A stretch of DNA of 64,000 nt, taken from Octopus vulgaris (lineage: Eukaryota). Shown here piece after piece: positions 26,075 to 40,457 of the stretch; within the stretch, counting starts at the first letter, position 1, and every line of letters begins with the position of its first letter. The notes under the pieces were generated by a model. The model saw nothing but the letters and a program-made list of their open reading frames with translations, made no database searches and was not told the origin of the DNA. The stretch is taken from contig OX597828.1 of the NCBI GenBank assembly GCA_951406725.2, forward strand, positions 16,306,001-16,370,000, in the 5' to 3' direction. The position numbers and the translations under genes were made by a program.

Positions 26075-27501
26075 GACTCATAAGGGCCGGTTTTCGGGTT
26101 CCCGGTTTCCATGGCGTATACATCCTCAGCCTGGACGGGACATCGATTCGTCGTAGGATTATTCATTTTTGCCAGCTGACTGGACTGGATCAACGTGAAG
26201 TGAAGTGTTTTGCTCAAGAGCGCAAAGCGTCGCCCGTTCCAGGAATCGAAACCGCAATCTTACGATCACGAGTCTAACACCCTAACCACTAATCCACGCG
26301 CCTCCATAAGACTTGGGTGGTTAGACACAATGCGGATGACGAGAGGACGAGAGAGGAGTAAGACTAGTGTGTCTGGACACAGGAAGTAAATCACCATCTT
26401 GCTAGGCAGCCAACAAGTCAACCAGCTTCGACGAGGGGGTCGTGGTAAGAGCAGAAGTAGTAATATTTTCAAGTTTTGGTACAATGCTAGCAAATTTTTT
26501 GGGGAGGGATTAATCTACTACATCGTCCTCCCCCACCCCGTCAATGCTCAAGAAAGCGGTGAACCGGAAGAATCGTCAGCACACCGTGCAAAACGCTTTG
26601 TCGGTCTTCGTGTTCTGAGTTCCATTTCCGCCGAGGTCGATTGTGCCTTTCATCCTTTCGGGGTCGATGAAATACATACCACTTGGGTACTAGGATCAAT
26701 GTAATCGACTTCTCCCACTCCCCGAAATTGCTGGTCGTCTTCCAAAATTTGAAACCAATTCATCCTTGACTTTGCGGAGTCACGTGGCTTAGTTGTTAGG
26801 GTTTTGGACTCATGAACGTAAGATTGTGGTTTCAAGTCCTGGACAAAGCGACGCGTTGTGTTCTTGAGCAAAACACTTCATTTCAAGTTGCTCCAATCCA
26901 CTCAACTGGGTAATCCTACGACGGGCCAGCGTCCTGTCGAAGTGGGGCATACAGGCACCATGAAAATCAGGAAACCGTCGAGAAGGAACATTTATTTGTG
27001 GAGGCATATGGCTTAATGTTTAGAGCAGCGGACTCACGGTCGAGGGATCGCTGGTTCGAATCTCAGACCGGGCGATGTGTGTGTTTATGAGCGAAACACC
27101 TAAGCTCCACGCGGCTCCGGCAGAAGGTAATGGCGAACTTCTGCTGACTCCTTCGCCACAACTTTCTCTCATTCTTTCAGCTTCTTGCAGCTCACCTGCG
27201 AGTAGACCGGCGTCCCGTCCAGGTGGGGAACCTATATGCCAAGGAAATTGGGAAACCGGCATTTAGCATGGCTCGAGAAGGAACGAACTATAGGCACCAG
27301 GCCTGAAATTTTGTGGGAGTGGGGCTTGTCGCGTAACTCCTCCCCACCCCAATGCTCAATTGGTGGTTGTTTTATCAATCTCCGAAACGATCAAAAGCAA
27401 AGTCGAACTCGACGGATCCTGAACACGGAACATAAAGCGTCGGAAGAAATGCTGCTAAGAATTTTGTCCAACGCGCTGACGATTCTGCTAGCTCGCAGAC
27501 T

Positions 27502-27567
<66 letters not shown>

Positions 27568-28003
27568 CCTTTCTACTGGAAGCAAAGGCCTTAAATTTGG
27601 GGAAGGGATTAAGTCGATTACATCGACCTCAGTGTGTAATTGGCACTTGTTTAATCGACTCCGAAAGGGTGAAATGCAAAGTTGACCTCGGCGAAATTTG
27701 AACTCAGAACATGAAAACAGATGAAATACCGCTAAGCATTTCGCTCGGCGTGTTAACGATTCTGCCAGCTCGCCAGCTTAAAAAAATATAATCCTTTCTA
27801 CTGGAAGCAAATGGCCTCAAATTTGGGGGAAGGCATCAAGTCGATTACAACGGCCCCAATGCGTAACTGGTAATTATTTAATCGACCTCGAAAAGGCGAA
27901 AAGCAAAATCTACCTTTGCGGAATTTGAACTCAGAACGTAAGGAAAGACGAAATGCAGCTAAGCATGTTCCTCGGCATGCTAACGATTCTGTCACCTCGC
28001 TGC
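26075..28003. mobile_element. Dense cluster of about seven SINE copies (families B, C and relatives) around (TAA)n
   Basis: Repeated tRNA-like heads and Meta-type bodies on both strands. Confidence 0.75.
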
Positions 28004-28016
28004 CTCAATAATAATT

Positions 28017-28129
<113 letters not shown>

Positions 28130-28169
28130 GATGGTGAGGATGATGATGATGATGATGATGATGATGGTG

Positions 28170-28208
<39 letters not shown>

Positions 28209-28244
28209 GTGAGGATGATGATGATGATGATGATGATGATGGTG

Positions 28245-28277
<33 letters not shown>

Positions 28278-28318
28278 GTTAGGATGATGATGATGATGAT
28301 CATGATATGATGATGGTG

Positions 28319-28356
<38 letters not shown>

Positions 28357-28409
28357 AATGGAAAGAATAATAAATGGTAAGAACGTATCTCCTTTTCATA
28401 AGTAAAAAC

Positions 28410-28900
28410 GGTGAATCATCTCAAAAGAAATATAGGAGAAGCCATGGAAATGTCACATGGATTGTCCAGTGGGAATTATGAAGAAAGCATGAATTGGAAA
28501 AAAACAATGGAGAAATCGTGTGATCCTGGGTGTTCCAGTTATAATATAGTCGATCGAATGACATCTCAAAAATCTTTTGGGATTTCACCAACGAATATAA
28601 TCATTATAATGTAGAAAGTAGGGGATCTGGAATTGTTTTATTGTATATTGTAAAGAAAGGATCACACACACAAAAAAAAAAAACTTTTGAGAGTAATGAG
28701 AAATAATTGATATCGCTGTACCTCGGGAGAATAAGATTGGGACTTGAAAACAGGAGGATCTGGAACTGTAGCTGTATCGAGATTTCCTGGTAAGATTAGC
28801 GAAAAAAATTCATTGAAGATTGGATCTCTGAAGTATGTTCGTTTATATTACTGGATAAATTAGCTCAAGTAGGAAGATATATCTACTGCTAATCTACCTG
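28410..28900 (+). pseudogene. Highly degraded R4/Dong-type restriction-like endonuclease region
   Basis: Translatable islands WIVQWEL*RKHEL, KIFWDF, VESRGSGIVLL, IIDIAVP, DLK, RRIWN in the same order as in the 43560-44050 element. Confidence 0.55.
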
Positions 28901-29501
28901 GGGATCTGGCAAGTGTTCCCTCATAGATGAGACAAATTGCTAAGTAAAATAGGAAGGTAGGTCTTAAAAGCAGTAAAACGTAGTGACATTATCTCAAGGC
29001 GTGATCCTTTGTAGACGAGAGAAATAGTTAAATAGCATATGGTGGGTTTTTGCCAATAGACAACACCAGTTGCTAACTGAAATACGAAGGTAGGTCTTAT
29101 ACGACGCAGTTACAATTGTGGCACGACTCTGAGGTATGGTTCTTAACAGATGGTAGATATAGTTAACTAGAAAATTAATTAAAAAGTGCTGATTCTTATG
29201 AGATACTATAGCAAGAAGGACATAATATCTGTGTACAATCTTTTATGGCTTAGACAGATTGTTAACTGAAATACTATAATTAGGAAATTAGAGTTATATA
29301 CATATACACGTATACACGTATATACATGAACATCTGTGTACATATATATTTACATATGCATAAATACATACATGCATAAATACATACGTACATGCATATA
29401 TACATACATACATACATACATACATACATACGCACATATATATGCATATAGCTTTTATCGATTTCATAGAGGTATATATATATATATATATATATACATA
29501 T

Positions 29502-29573
<72 letters not shown>

Positions 29574-29585
29574 ACATACATATTT

Positions 29586-29620
<35 letters not shown>

Positions 29621-29726
29621 CATACATATTTGGAATGTTTTGGCAATTCCTTGATACAGTTATAATATTTGGAGAGATCTTTTCTCAAACAGTTAAGATT
29701 AAGACATATACATATATATATATATA

Positions 29727-30872
29727 TCTTATTATAAAAGGCAGATTTTATCTGCCTCCCTTTGGGAGTTATACAAATCTACAATATAGGATTTCTTCAA
29801 TTACAATTTACCTAGCATTTTTAAGAGTACAACGCATCGCGTCATGCCAGGTCCAGTTTTTAAAATTTAAACTCCAATTAAGCAAAATTTACAGAAAACT
29901 CACATTCTGGTGTGTGTGTCAAATGCTTTTCTTAGTCTGGTTTACACCACACGCAAACGCACACACACAGTGGGCAACGAATAAAGTGAAACTAGATGTA
30001 ATATTTGTTTCTCTCTATCATGCTGATAGATACATGAGTAAAATGTATGGGAAGCTAACAGATAAGAGTGAGTGAAAATGTTCTTGGAAGACAGTAAATT
30101 AGCGACAGTATGAAACAGTGTTTATGTATAAACAGACGACACTTATATAAACCCTTTCGTTACCAAACCGCCCGAATTTACCTATTCATATTTAAATGAG
30201 AATATCAGAGTAAATCTCTTTAGTACATTCGTGAAAACACGTATTATACTTCGTAAACACTTCAAATACAGTTTTGTACAAAAATCGAAGTGTAATTTTA
30301 ATTCCGTGAATTATGGGAGATTTTTTTCCAAAATTTGTTCCTATTGTGTTTTCAAAATTTGTAATTCTGACAAAAAATGGATACGAATTTCATTATATCA
30401 AGCAGCGAGTCAGAATTCGAAGGATTTTCTACTGAAGACCTTCATAAATCTAACTCTATGACTGAAAAAAAAAAGCATCTTTATATAAGAGTGAAGTTGT
30501 GTGTCTGTCCCGTTCGATTTAGATTCGTAACTACTCCCACATTTTGCGGTGCAGTTTAACCAACAGCGGGTATCTTATAGTCGTGATTCATATCGAGCCC
30601 TTCTGGGTATTAGCGCGCGTCTACGATGAGTCTACGATTTTAAAAAAATTTACCATCATATTTTTCCATTTTAATGCATTTTTTCGCTTTTATATAAGGG
30701 AAGTAACTCTCTAAAAATATCTACGATGTGTCAACGATTTAAAAAAAAAATTTACCTTAATTTTTTTTCAATTTTTAATGCATTTTTTTGCTATTTTTTG
30801 GCTATAACTCTCTAAAAATGCTTATATAGTTATTTCCCTTACAACCCGAGCAACGCCGGGCGATACTGCTAG
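29727..30872 (+). mobile_element. Non-autonomous Helitron (composite, second 5' end at 30478)
   Basis: 5' a|TCttattataaaag; 3' cccgagcaacgccggg hairpin followed by CTAG|t; inserted in (TA)n with no TSD. Confidence 0.75.
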
Positions 30873-31548
30873 TATATATATATATATATATAAAAACAAA
30901 TGTCTATATACATATACATGAAATACATCTATCTACCGATCTATCTGATACACACACACACAAATATAACGAATTATAATCTTTAACTTGGTCGCTACCA
31001 TAGAAGCTTGCAAACTGTCAAAATAACAGAAATACTAGACTTTCTTCCTTTTTCTTTTCTTTTCTTTTTTTTTTGTTAACCCACAATTTATTAATGAAGA
31101 CACAAAATATTGTTTGAATCCACATAATTCTTCTAACTTCATCATGATCGTGGAAATGTTTAGAAATTTGGGAATCATTTTAATTTTATTAAATATGGCA
31201 ATTTGTCAGCATCCATTTGAAATTTTAAAAAGCACCCACTTCCTATGAGATACGCTGCTCTAATACGATCAAACAGACTCTAAAGAGATGTTTGGTTGTC
31301 TGCGCCAGCAAGACTTGCTTTTATTATTTAATAAAATTAACAAAAAGCGTCTTTCTTCGGGGGTGAGGTGGTGGTGGAATTGATATGAAAGAAACTAAAG
31401 AGAGGCAATAGAGTTTTACATTCAAATTGCACCCCGAATGTGTAAAATGCCAAACATGAGCCAGTAATACAGTTCAATATTTAAGAGATGAGGAATTATG
31501 TACAATATTTACATTTGACGGATATTTGTCCTCATCTAGTTTGTTGTT

Positions 31549-31590
31549 AACACATTTCGGCTGATATACCCTCCAGCCTTTTTCAGGTGT
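31549..31590 (-). ncRNA. Degenerate hammerhead-like motif in a short repeat with an inverted end
   Basis: Minus: acac CTGAAAA a GGCTG gagggtatat CAGCC GAAAT gtgt; flank 31510-31535 is inverted at 31873-31900. Confidence 0.5.
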
Positions 31591-31679
31591 CTTGGGGAAA
31601 TTTCGAACCTGGGTTCTCATTCCTAAGGTATTTTTCGATGTTATTATTATTATTATCATCATCATCATCATCATCATCA

Positions 31680-31795
<116 letters not shown>

Positions 31796-32019
31796 ATTGT
31801 TGTTGTCATTGTTCATGTTACTGCTTGGAATTAAACTCGGAATCTTGGGATTAAGAGCAACAACAAACAAAAATGAGGACAAATATCCGTCGAATGTAAA
31901 TAATGTAAATATTGTAAATAATGAGCCAACAAATTCTGAAACTAGCACGGGGCCTCTAGTATGTGTATAGTGACAACTTGAACATTTATGTACCACATGT
32001 AATATTACCTCTGACACGA

Positions 32020-33090
32020 AGGTGGTGAGTTGGTAGTATCGATAGCACGCCGGGCAAAATGCTTAGTTGCGTTTCGTTCGTCTTTACGTTCTGATTTCAA
32101 ATCCCACCGATGTCGACTTTGCCTTTCATCCCTCAGGTTCGGAGTCGATAAGATATATACCAGTCGAACACTCGTGTCGATGTAGTCAACTTACTCCAAC
32201 CCCTAAAATTGCTGGCCGTGTGCGAACATTTGCAAACTATATCATCTCTGATATGACAATTCCTTTAGATCATTGGTCCATGTTTTGCGAGAAACTTTCT
32301 ACTCGGAACTGGGGACATTGCGACATCGCTTTATGTAAATACTACAGAGCTTTGAAGCTATTTACCCAACTGAATGAGGATTATGATTCATTGTTTAAGA
32401 ATTATGATCCCTTTTCTTTCCAAGAAAGCAGAACATTTGAGATATGACGCTTATGGATGAGAATAATGTCAAAATAATCACTATGTTGGATTAATATGTA
32501 TACACGATGATGAATTAAATCAATGATCTTTAGGTTAGGCGTCTTTAGGGTGGGAGGGAGGTAATCACAAGACTACATCATCAATATCTATAGCAATATC
32601 GAAGAAGAACGGCTTCATAAGGTTCGTAAAAGACCAGCGGGTGTTGGAAGCTAAATGTTATCAATGTTTAGTGGGACAAGTAGGAAATTCTTTTCTACTC
32701 TAGGCACAAGGTCCGATATTTTGAGAGGGGGGTCCAATCGATTAGGGTACTTAATTCAATCGATTAAGTAACCTTTACGCAACTGGTACTTAATTTATCG
32801 ACCCCGAAAAGATGAAACCGCTTAGCATTTCGCCTGACGTACTAATGCTTCTGCCAGTTCGCCGCCTTTGGGAGTTCTATAATCTTTTCTACTCAAGGCC
32901 TGAAAGTTTTGGGGAGTGGGCCAGTCGATTAGATCGACCCCATTACGCTACTGGTACTTAATTTAACGATCCGGAAAAGATGAAAGGCAAAGTCGCCATC
33001 GTAGGAATTTGAACTCAAAAGGTAAAGACAGACGAATTACCGCTAAGAATTTCGCCTGGCGTGCCAACGTTTCTGCCAGCTCGCTGCCTT
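32020..33090. mobile_element. Family B SINE copies (32020-32235 plus; 32690-33090 minus)
   Basis: Meta-type bodies. Confidence 0.7.
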
Positions 33091-33271
33091 AAGACAAGTA
33101 CAAAATTACAATTGAAATGATGATTGCTAGCGTTTGCTTCTATTTTGTTTCAGTAAGGAATCCAGGATGTACAAAAAGAAAACTCAGTTTTGTTATTGAT
33201 TCTATAAATGTGGACGTTATCAACATATTCGTTGGACAAGCAATGACATTGACTCTCGCCTTGATGAAAGA

Positions 33272-33580
33272 CGGAGGTGCAATGGCCCAGTGGTTAGGGC
33301 AGCGGACTCGCGGTCGGAGGATCACGGTTTCGATACCCAGACCGGACATTGTGTGTGTTTATTGAGCGAAAACACCTAAAGCTCCACGAAGCTCCGGCAG
33401 TGGGTGGTAGCGACCCGTGTTGTACTCTTTCGTCCCAACTTTCTCTCGTTCTTTCTTCCTGTTTTTTTTAGTAACGCTGCGATGAACTGGCGTCCCGTCC
33501 AACTGGTGGGAACACATACGCCATAGAAACCGGGAAACCGGGCCCATGAGCCTAGCTAGGCTTGAAAACGGCGGATAAAT
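33272..33580 (+). mobile_element. SINE family C head with alternative tail
   Basis: ggaggtgcaatggcccagtggttagggcagcgg head. Confidence 0.75.
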
Positions 33581-34076
33581 AAAAAAAATTGATAAAAGAC
33601 ATTGTATACATCATATACTATGCAGTTCCTAAACAGCTGTTATTCCGGTACAGTGATCACTCCTATTTTGATCTTGGAAAAGAGACGTGTTGTAATTAAA
33701 ATATGACTAATGCAACTTACAATGGAATAAGTATGCGAAGAACACTAGAAAGAGATAACAGAGAAAACGTGAGACTCAAGCGATGGTGATGGTTAATGTG
33801 CGGAATAAAGGATGACGTATGAGTAGTAAGGAAATACAGAAAACATTAATAAGAGAGAGAAAACATATATCTTATGCCTTATAAAACATACACACGTTTC
33901 GGTAAATTAACTGCCAGGATTACGTAATTGCTTGTTGAAACATTATATAATCTTATTAATTCATCTCATAATGTTTCAACAAGCAATTATGCAATATTGG
34001 CAGTTAATTTATCGAAACGCCTGTATGTTCCACAAGCATAAAACAAACAGAAATGGTTCCTGTAATTTTATTAATA

Positions 34077-34224
<148 letters not shown>

Positions 34225-34266
34225 ATGTATATATATATGTAGTCTCTTTATCTCCCTATCTGTCTG

Positions 34267-34381
<115 letters not shown>

Positions 34382-34382
34382 G

Positions 34383-34457
<75 letters not shown>

Positions 34458-35015
34458 GTCTATCTGTCTATCTATCTATCTATATCAATGCACTCATGTG
34501 TATGTATGTGTGTTCTTTGGGTGTGTGTAACCAATTTTGTTTCTAATCATAATCACGCATTGTTTTCAAAATCAAAAATAAATAAGGAAAACTGCTTCGA
34601 AATAAAGAGGGAAAATGGCGCATTATTATATTTATAAAGAAAGCAGCATAACAACGAGATACACGAATGGTCGTTTGTGTCAAACAGTAAGTTGCCATAC
34701 AACGATAGAGAAGTTAGTGGCTGTGTAGAGATTCGCAAAAACACACACGCACACACACACACACATACGCACATATAGAATCACGCGCTACACCAGGATA
34801 CATATTCTTACAAATACAGAAGTAGTCACAGAGACTAATCTATGCATCATAGAAAAGAAAAGAAAAGACATACTTCGACTAGAACAACCATTGACACTTA
34901 CTGAAGTTATACGAACGGCATATAAGATCTGATATAGTCATGCATATTCATGATAAATATATATGTGTGTGTATATGTGTGTGTTTGTCTGTGTGTATGC
35001 ATATTTATATGTATA

Positions 35016-35069
<54 letters not shown>

Positions 35070-35377
35070 TATATACATACATGTCTATATATGTGCGTAT
35101 TTGTATCCGTATGTGCATGTTTGCATGTGTTCAGAACTGTGTATACTAAGAGATAAAGAGATATAGGGTGAGATACAACGAGTTATAAGTGGAGGTATTG
35201 TGCGAATGATATACAGATAACCAATTGCATTATAGCGATAGAGAATATGCTAAGTTTAAAAGATAAAGCAGAAAGACAAATGCTTATAAGATAGAGAGAT
35301 TAACAACGAGTAAAAGATATACAGATAAACACGTGTGTATTGTGTGACACAGAAAAACAGATAAATAAATAAATTAG

Positions 35378-35409
<32 letters not shown>

Positions 35410-35419
35410 TATATGTATT

Positions 35420-35498
<79 letters not shown>

Positions 35499-35760
35499 AA
35501 AACATGGATGCTGATAAACAGAGATATAGCGGGTAACATACTTAGAGAGTGAGAGAGAGGAGGAGAGGGAGAGAGAGAGGGAAGTAAAGAGGGATAGAGG
35601 GAGGTGGATAGAGTGACATACAGATGTATTGAGAGAGATAGTAGACAAAGAAGCAGACAAACGGACATACAGACAGACGTATATAGAGATATGTAGGGAG
35701 GTAAGGTTAGGTGGCAAGATATAAACTGATCCACTGAGGTGAACGAAGTAACACACGTAC

Positions 35761-35835
<75 letters not shown>

Positions 35836-35916
35836 TACATATATATATATACATATATATATACATACATATATATATATATATATACTCATATATATAC
35901 ATATATATATATTCAC

Positions 35917-35954
<38 letters not shown>

Positions 35955-36117
35955 TTATAGATATAGATATAGATATATTTATACATATATATATATATAC
36001 ATATATATGTATCTCTCTGTCTGTGCATATATATATATACACATACATACGCAAACTCAAACACATGTATACACGTATACATATATGCAAATATAAATAT
36101 AAGTATCTATCTATCTA

Positions 36118-36177
<60 letters not shown>

Positions 36178-36248
36178 GTTATATTATATTTGCTTGCATA
36201 TACATGCACACACACATACACATATTCTTGCATACGTATAGAAGCACC

Positions 36249-36293
<45 letters not shown>

Positions 36294-36906
36294 AGTTCGA
36301 TATGTTGTTCCACACTGCACGTTCTCACACGCGCTCACAAACACACGAACACATAAACACACACACACACAAACACCAATTTTCCTCCACACACACACAC
36401 ACACACATACACATACCTTCCTACATACATACTACGCTACACCCCCAGTTCAATTTGCGTCGTTGGACATCGTTCAATTCAATATAATTCCACATTTAGA
36501 CTTCACTTAGACCATGTGTCAAATGTCGAGTAGCGATGCTGAGGCGAATTCCTGAGCTGCATGGCATATTAAGGTTCAACGTTCTCTCGCTCTGCTCTCT
36601 AAGTAGTATACCGATTCGAAAGTTGCTTCCAAACAACTGGATTATATGTAAATCTGCACATAGATTAACGTTAGAAAATAATATATAAAATGCTAATAAT
36701 AAAAGTATTACGCTTCTAAAGGAAGCCATATTATGGTGTAGTATTGTTGTTTTGCTTTCGTTTTGTTTTGTATTTGGTTTTTCTTAAGTTTGCTGACTCG
36801 AGCTTCTGTATATGTATATATGTGTATATGTATATATGTGTATATGTATGTATGTAATTATGTATGTATATGTGTATGTATGTATGTATGTATGTATGTA
36901 ATTATG

Positions 36907-36940
<34 letters not shown>

Positions 36941-37032
36941 TGTATGAATGTATGCTTGCATGTATGTCTGTGTGTGTAACTATCTCCTCTATTTCTCATT
37001 AACTGTGTATATCTGTGGTAGAGAATATATGT

Positions 37033-37081
<49 letters not shown>

Positions 37082-37123
37082 ATCTATCTATCTATCTTTC
37101 TATCTATTTATATATTTATCTAT

Positions 37124-37203
<80 letters not shown>

Positions 37204-37335
37204 GTAGCTATCTATCTGTCTGTCTCTCCTTCTCTCTCCCTCTCTCTCCCTCAAAATCTGTATATTTATGTACTTATATTTGGCTTTCTTTATGAATATA
37301 TCTTTAATATATATATACATGTCAGTGCGTGTATG

Positions 37336-37368
<33 letters not shown>

Positions 37369-38293
37369 GTATGTACATGTATAGACATACACACATATAG
37401 AGACATATATTCGTATGTACATTTAATATAAATGTAAAAATGTAAAAGTATAAATGCTTGCGTGCCTCGACCTGCTAGAAATAACACCAACAGCAAAAAA
37501 AAAAAGAAAGAAAAAATGTAACACACTCAAACGGTTTCAGACCGCATTCTGATTGTTACTAGGGTTGCAGCCATTAGCTGCATGTTGATATCTTTGTTTA
37601 TATAAACGTGCGCATGTATACGCATGTGTGTGCAAACTTATAAACATACAAACACATACACATTCATGTACAATCGTGTCACCTCATACATGTTTACATA
37701 TCACCACACATAGACACACGCACACAAATGTAAGTATTTGAATGCTAACTATATACGATACAGTTGTTTGAAAACAAGAAGAAGCAATGCGAAAAGCAAC
37801 AACAGTCTTTTTTTTTTTTAATAGAAAATAAAATAGACTAAATGGGCTGACGATAGAAAGACATTTCTAATACATACAAGCGTCGACTGGTTAGAAAGTA
37901 GGAATGACACGTGCGACATACGTCATATCAGTCGGGTTCACGTATGCCACCGAGATTGATCAAGGTCAGACAAAGGCTCAACAACGCCAGATGGTCTGAT
38001 ATCTACCAGAGATATACAGAAACAGACGTACACCTAAAATTATAAACGCATATTCTCACATAATTACTTATGTATACGTACTTAAGATATACATATATGC
38101 AATTACACACACACACACACACGCGCGCACACGCACACGTATGTATCTATGTAAATATTAGATGTACGTACAAACATATATATGTATATGCTTTTGTATA
38201 TGTATATATATTGCTATAAATGTATATCTAGCTTCCTCTATATATATTATATAAATATATATATATATATATCTTCCTCCTCTCTCTCTCTCT

Positions 38294-38362
<69 letters not shown>

Positions 38363-39116
38363 TATGTATATTTATGTATAAGTCTATATATATATATATA
38401 TATACATCTATATAATCTATATATATTTACACACACGTACGTAAGTATACATTCATATACACACAGAAGGGAATAAAGTAATGAAAGAAAGAAAGAAAGA
38501 AAGCTAGTTAGCTACATAGATAGGGAGAGAAAGAGAGAGACAGATAGATGGAGAGACACACAGACAGATATAAGGAGCGAACCAACGAACCCCTCAGTGT
38601 TGCTCGACCTACTTACAATAGGAACCGAAATCTAATCGCCTTCTACCATAGCTCACACAAATGCACACACGCATATAAAACGGACTTCTTTCAGTTTCCG
38701 GCTAACACCTCCACTCAAAAGGGTTTGATCGGCCGAGGACATTGTGGAAGACAGTTGTCCGAGATGCAACGCAGTGGGACTAAACCTGGAACCACGTGGT
38801 ATATATATATTGTCTCTTCTTTACAGAAAATGGCCAGCACTTCTGGCAGTAAATGCCGTCAGGAGATCTAATGCGACTCATAAACCAAACTTGCGACAAA
38901 GAGACCCTACGGCAGATTTTATGAACATTTTGAGACAGAAAAGTGTCTGGGGTTGACGTAAGTCCTGAATACGAAGTGCTCCTTTCAAGATAGGGAGCTT
39001 GATTCTCTGCGTTTCGAACTCTTTGCAACCAGAATAGGTCACTTCTATCCAAAACAGTCCATTTCCCACTCTTCAACATCCATACTGAAAACGTTAAGGA
39101 TACCTTTCATATATAT

Positions 39117-39186
<70 letters not shown>

Positions 39187-39480
39187 CAAATTAGAGATAA
39201 AACCACTATTAGGCAAATCAAACAGTGAAAAACATAAACCAACACATAAAAATAAATATAATTAATATAATATACAAAATATATAAAATATAAAATTTTA
39301 AATTAACATTATTTAAATTTAAAATTTTTAATTTATATTTATCAATTTTTATATTTTTTAATATTTTTTAAATTTATAAATTTTTAAACTTTTAATTTTT
39401 TAATTTATCAATTTATTATTATTATTTTTTATAAATACATATATATATATATATATCGACGGATACAGAGATGGAAATGA

Positions 39481-39798
39481 TTTTATTCTTAAACACAGGA
39501 TGCTGCTAATAATATACCACAAACAGGATGATATATCCATATTTTGCAGAAAAATCTGTCGGTGGTCAGCCATGAAACTCGAACTCACATCCTTGTGATT
39601 ACGCGTTAAGTGCTTTACCGTTAAGCTAAACTGTCCCAGCGACAAATTCTTCTTCAAATTTAGGATATATACACGTAATCACAGAGTTGTGAGTTCGTGT
39701 CTCATGGCTTGCTGCCGACAGATTTTTCTGCAAAATATGGATAGTTTATCATGTTTCATGTTGTATTATTAGCATTATCCTGCGTTTGAGAATAAAAT
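39481..39798. repeat. Fold-back repeat containing a tRNA-like sequence
   Basis: Arms 39481-39605 / 39673-39798; minus-strand tRNA-like tagcttaacggtaaagcac...gagttcgagtttc at ~39565-39638. Confidence 0.7.
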
Positions 39799-39882
39799 AA
39801 TATCTTTATCTATCTTTCACTACATCTCAACGCTTCTAAAGCAAACTTTGCTTGTTGACTGTCAAAGGAAGTTGAATTTAAC

Positions 39883-39967
<85 letters not shown>

Positions 39968-40070
39968 AAAAAGGAGATGTGGAACACGAGTTGTGATATA
40001 TAAAAAAGGAAATGAAGAAAATGCTGACAAAATAATTTAAGTAATTTAAGTAATTTAATTAGGTGAAAGT

Positions 40071-40112
40071 TCTTTTTACCGGTTGCGCATTTGTTATGCT
40101 TATCAAAAGATG
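40071..40112 (-). ncRNA. Degenerate U3-A8 minimal hammerhead with palindromic stem III
   Basis: Minus: tctt TTGATAA GCAT aacaa ATGC GCA ACCGGT A aaaaga (GAAA mutated to GCAA). Confidence 0.5.
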
Positions 40113-40146
40113 TTTTTTTAAGAGAGATAGAGTTACTTTCTGATAG

Positions 40147-40202
<56 letters not shown>

Positions 40203-40457
40203 GTTAAATTTTACTTGCCGGGTATATGCTACAGATTTAAATTATGTCACGTTTTCCTTCCATAGATAAATTTATTGAAAACGTAATACTCGAATTTGTT
40301 TCTTTATATTAAATTCAATTATGGTTTCAATTCCATAAAGTAATGTTTTGAAATTGTAACATCCCAATGTTTTTTATTATGTTAAAGATTTCGCTATGTT
40401 AACACATTTCGGCTTGATTTCATAGAGTTGTTAAAAGTCTAATGCTCGAATGTCTTA

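Noticed and set aside
32260-32640. Possible old LINE RT fragment
   Set aside because: Only vague motif resemblance; cannot be supported without alignment.
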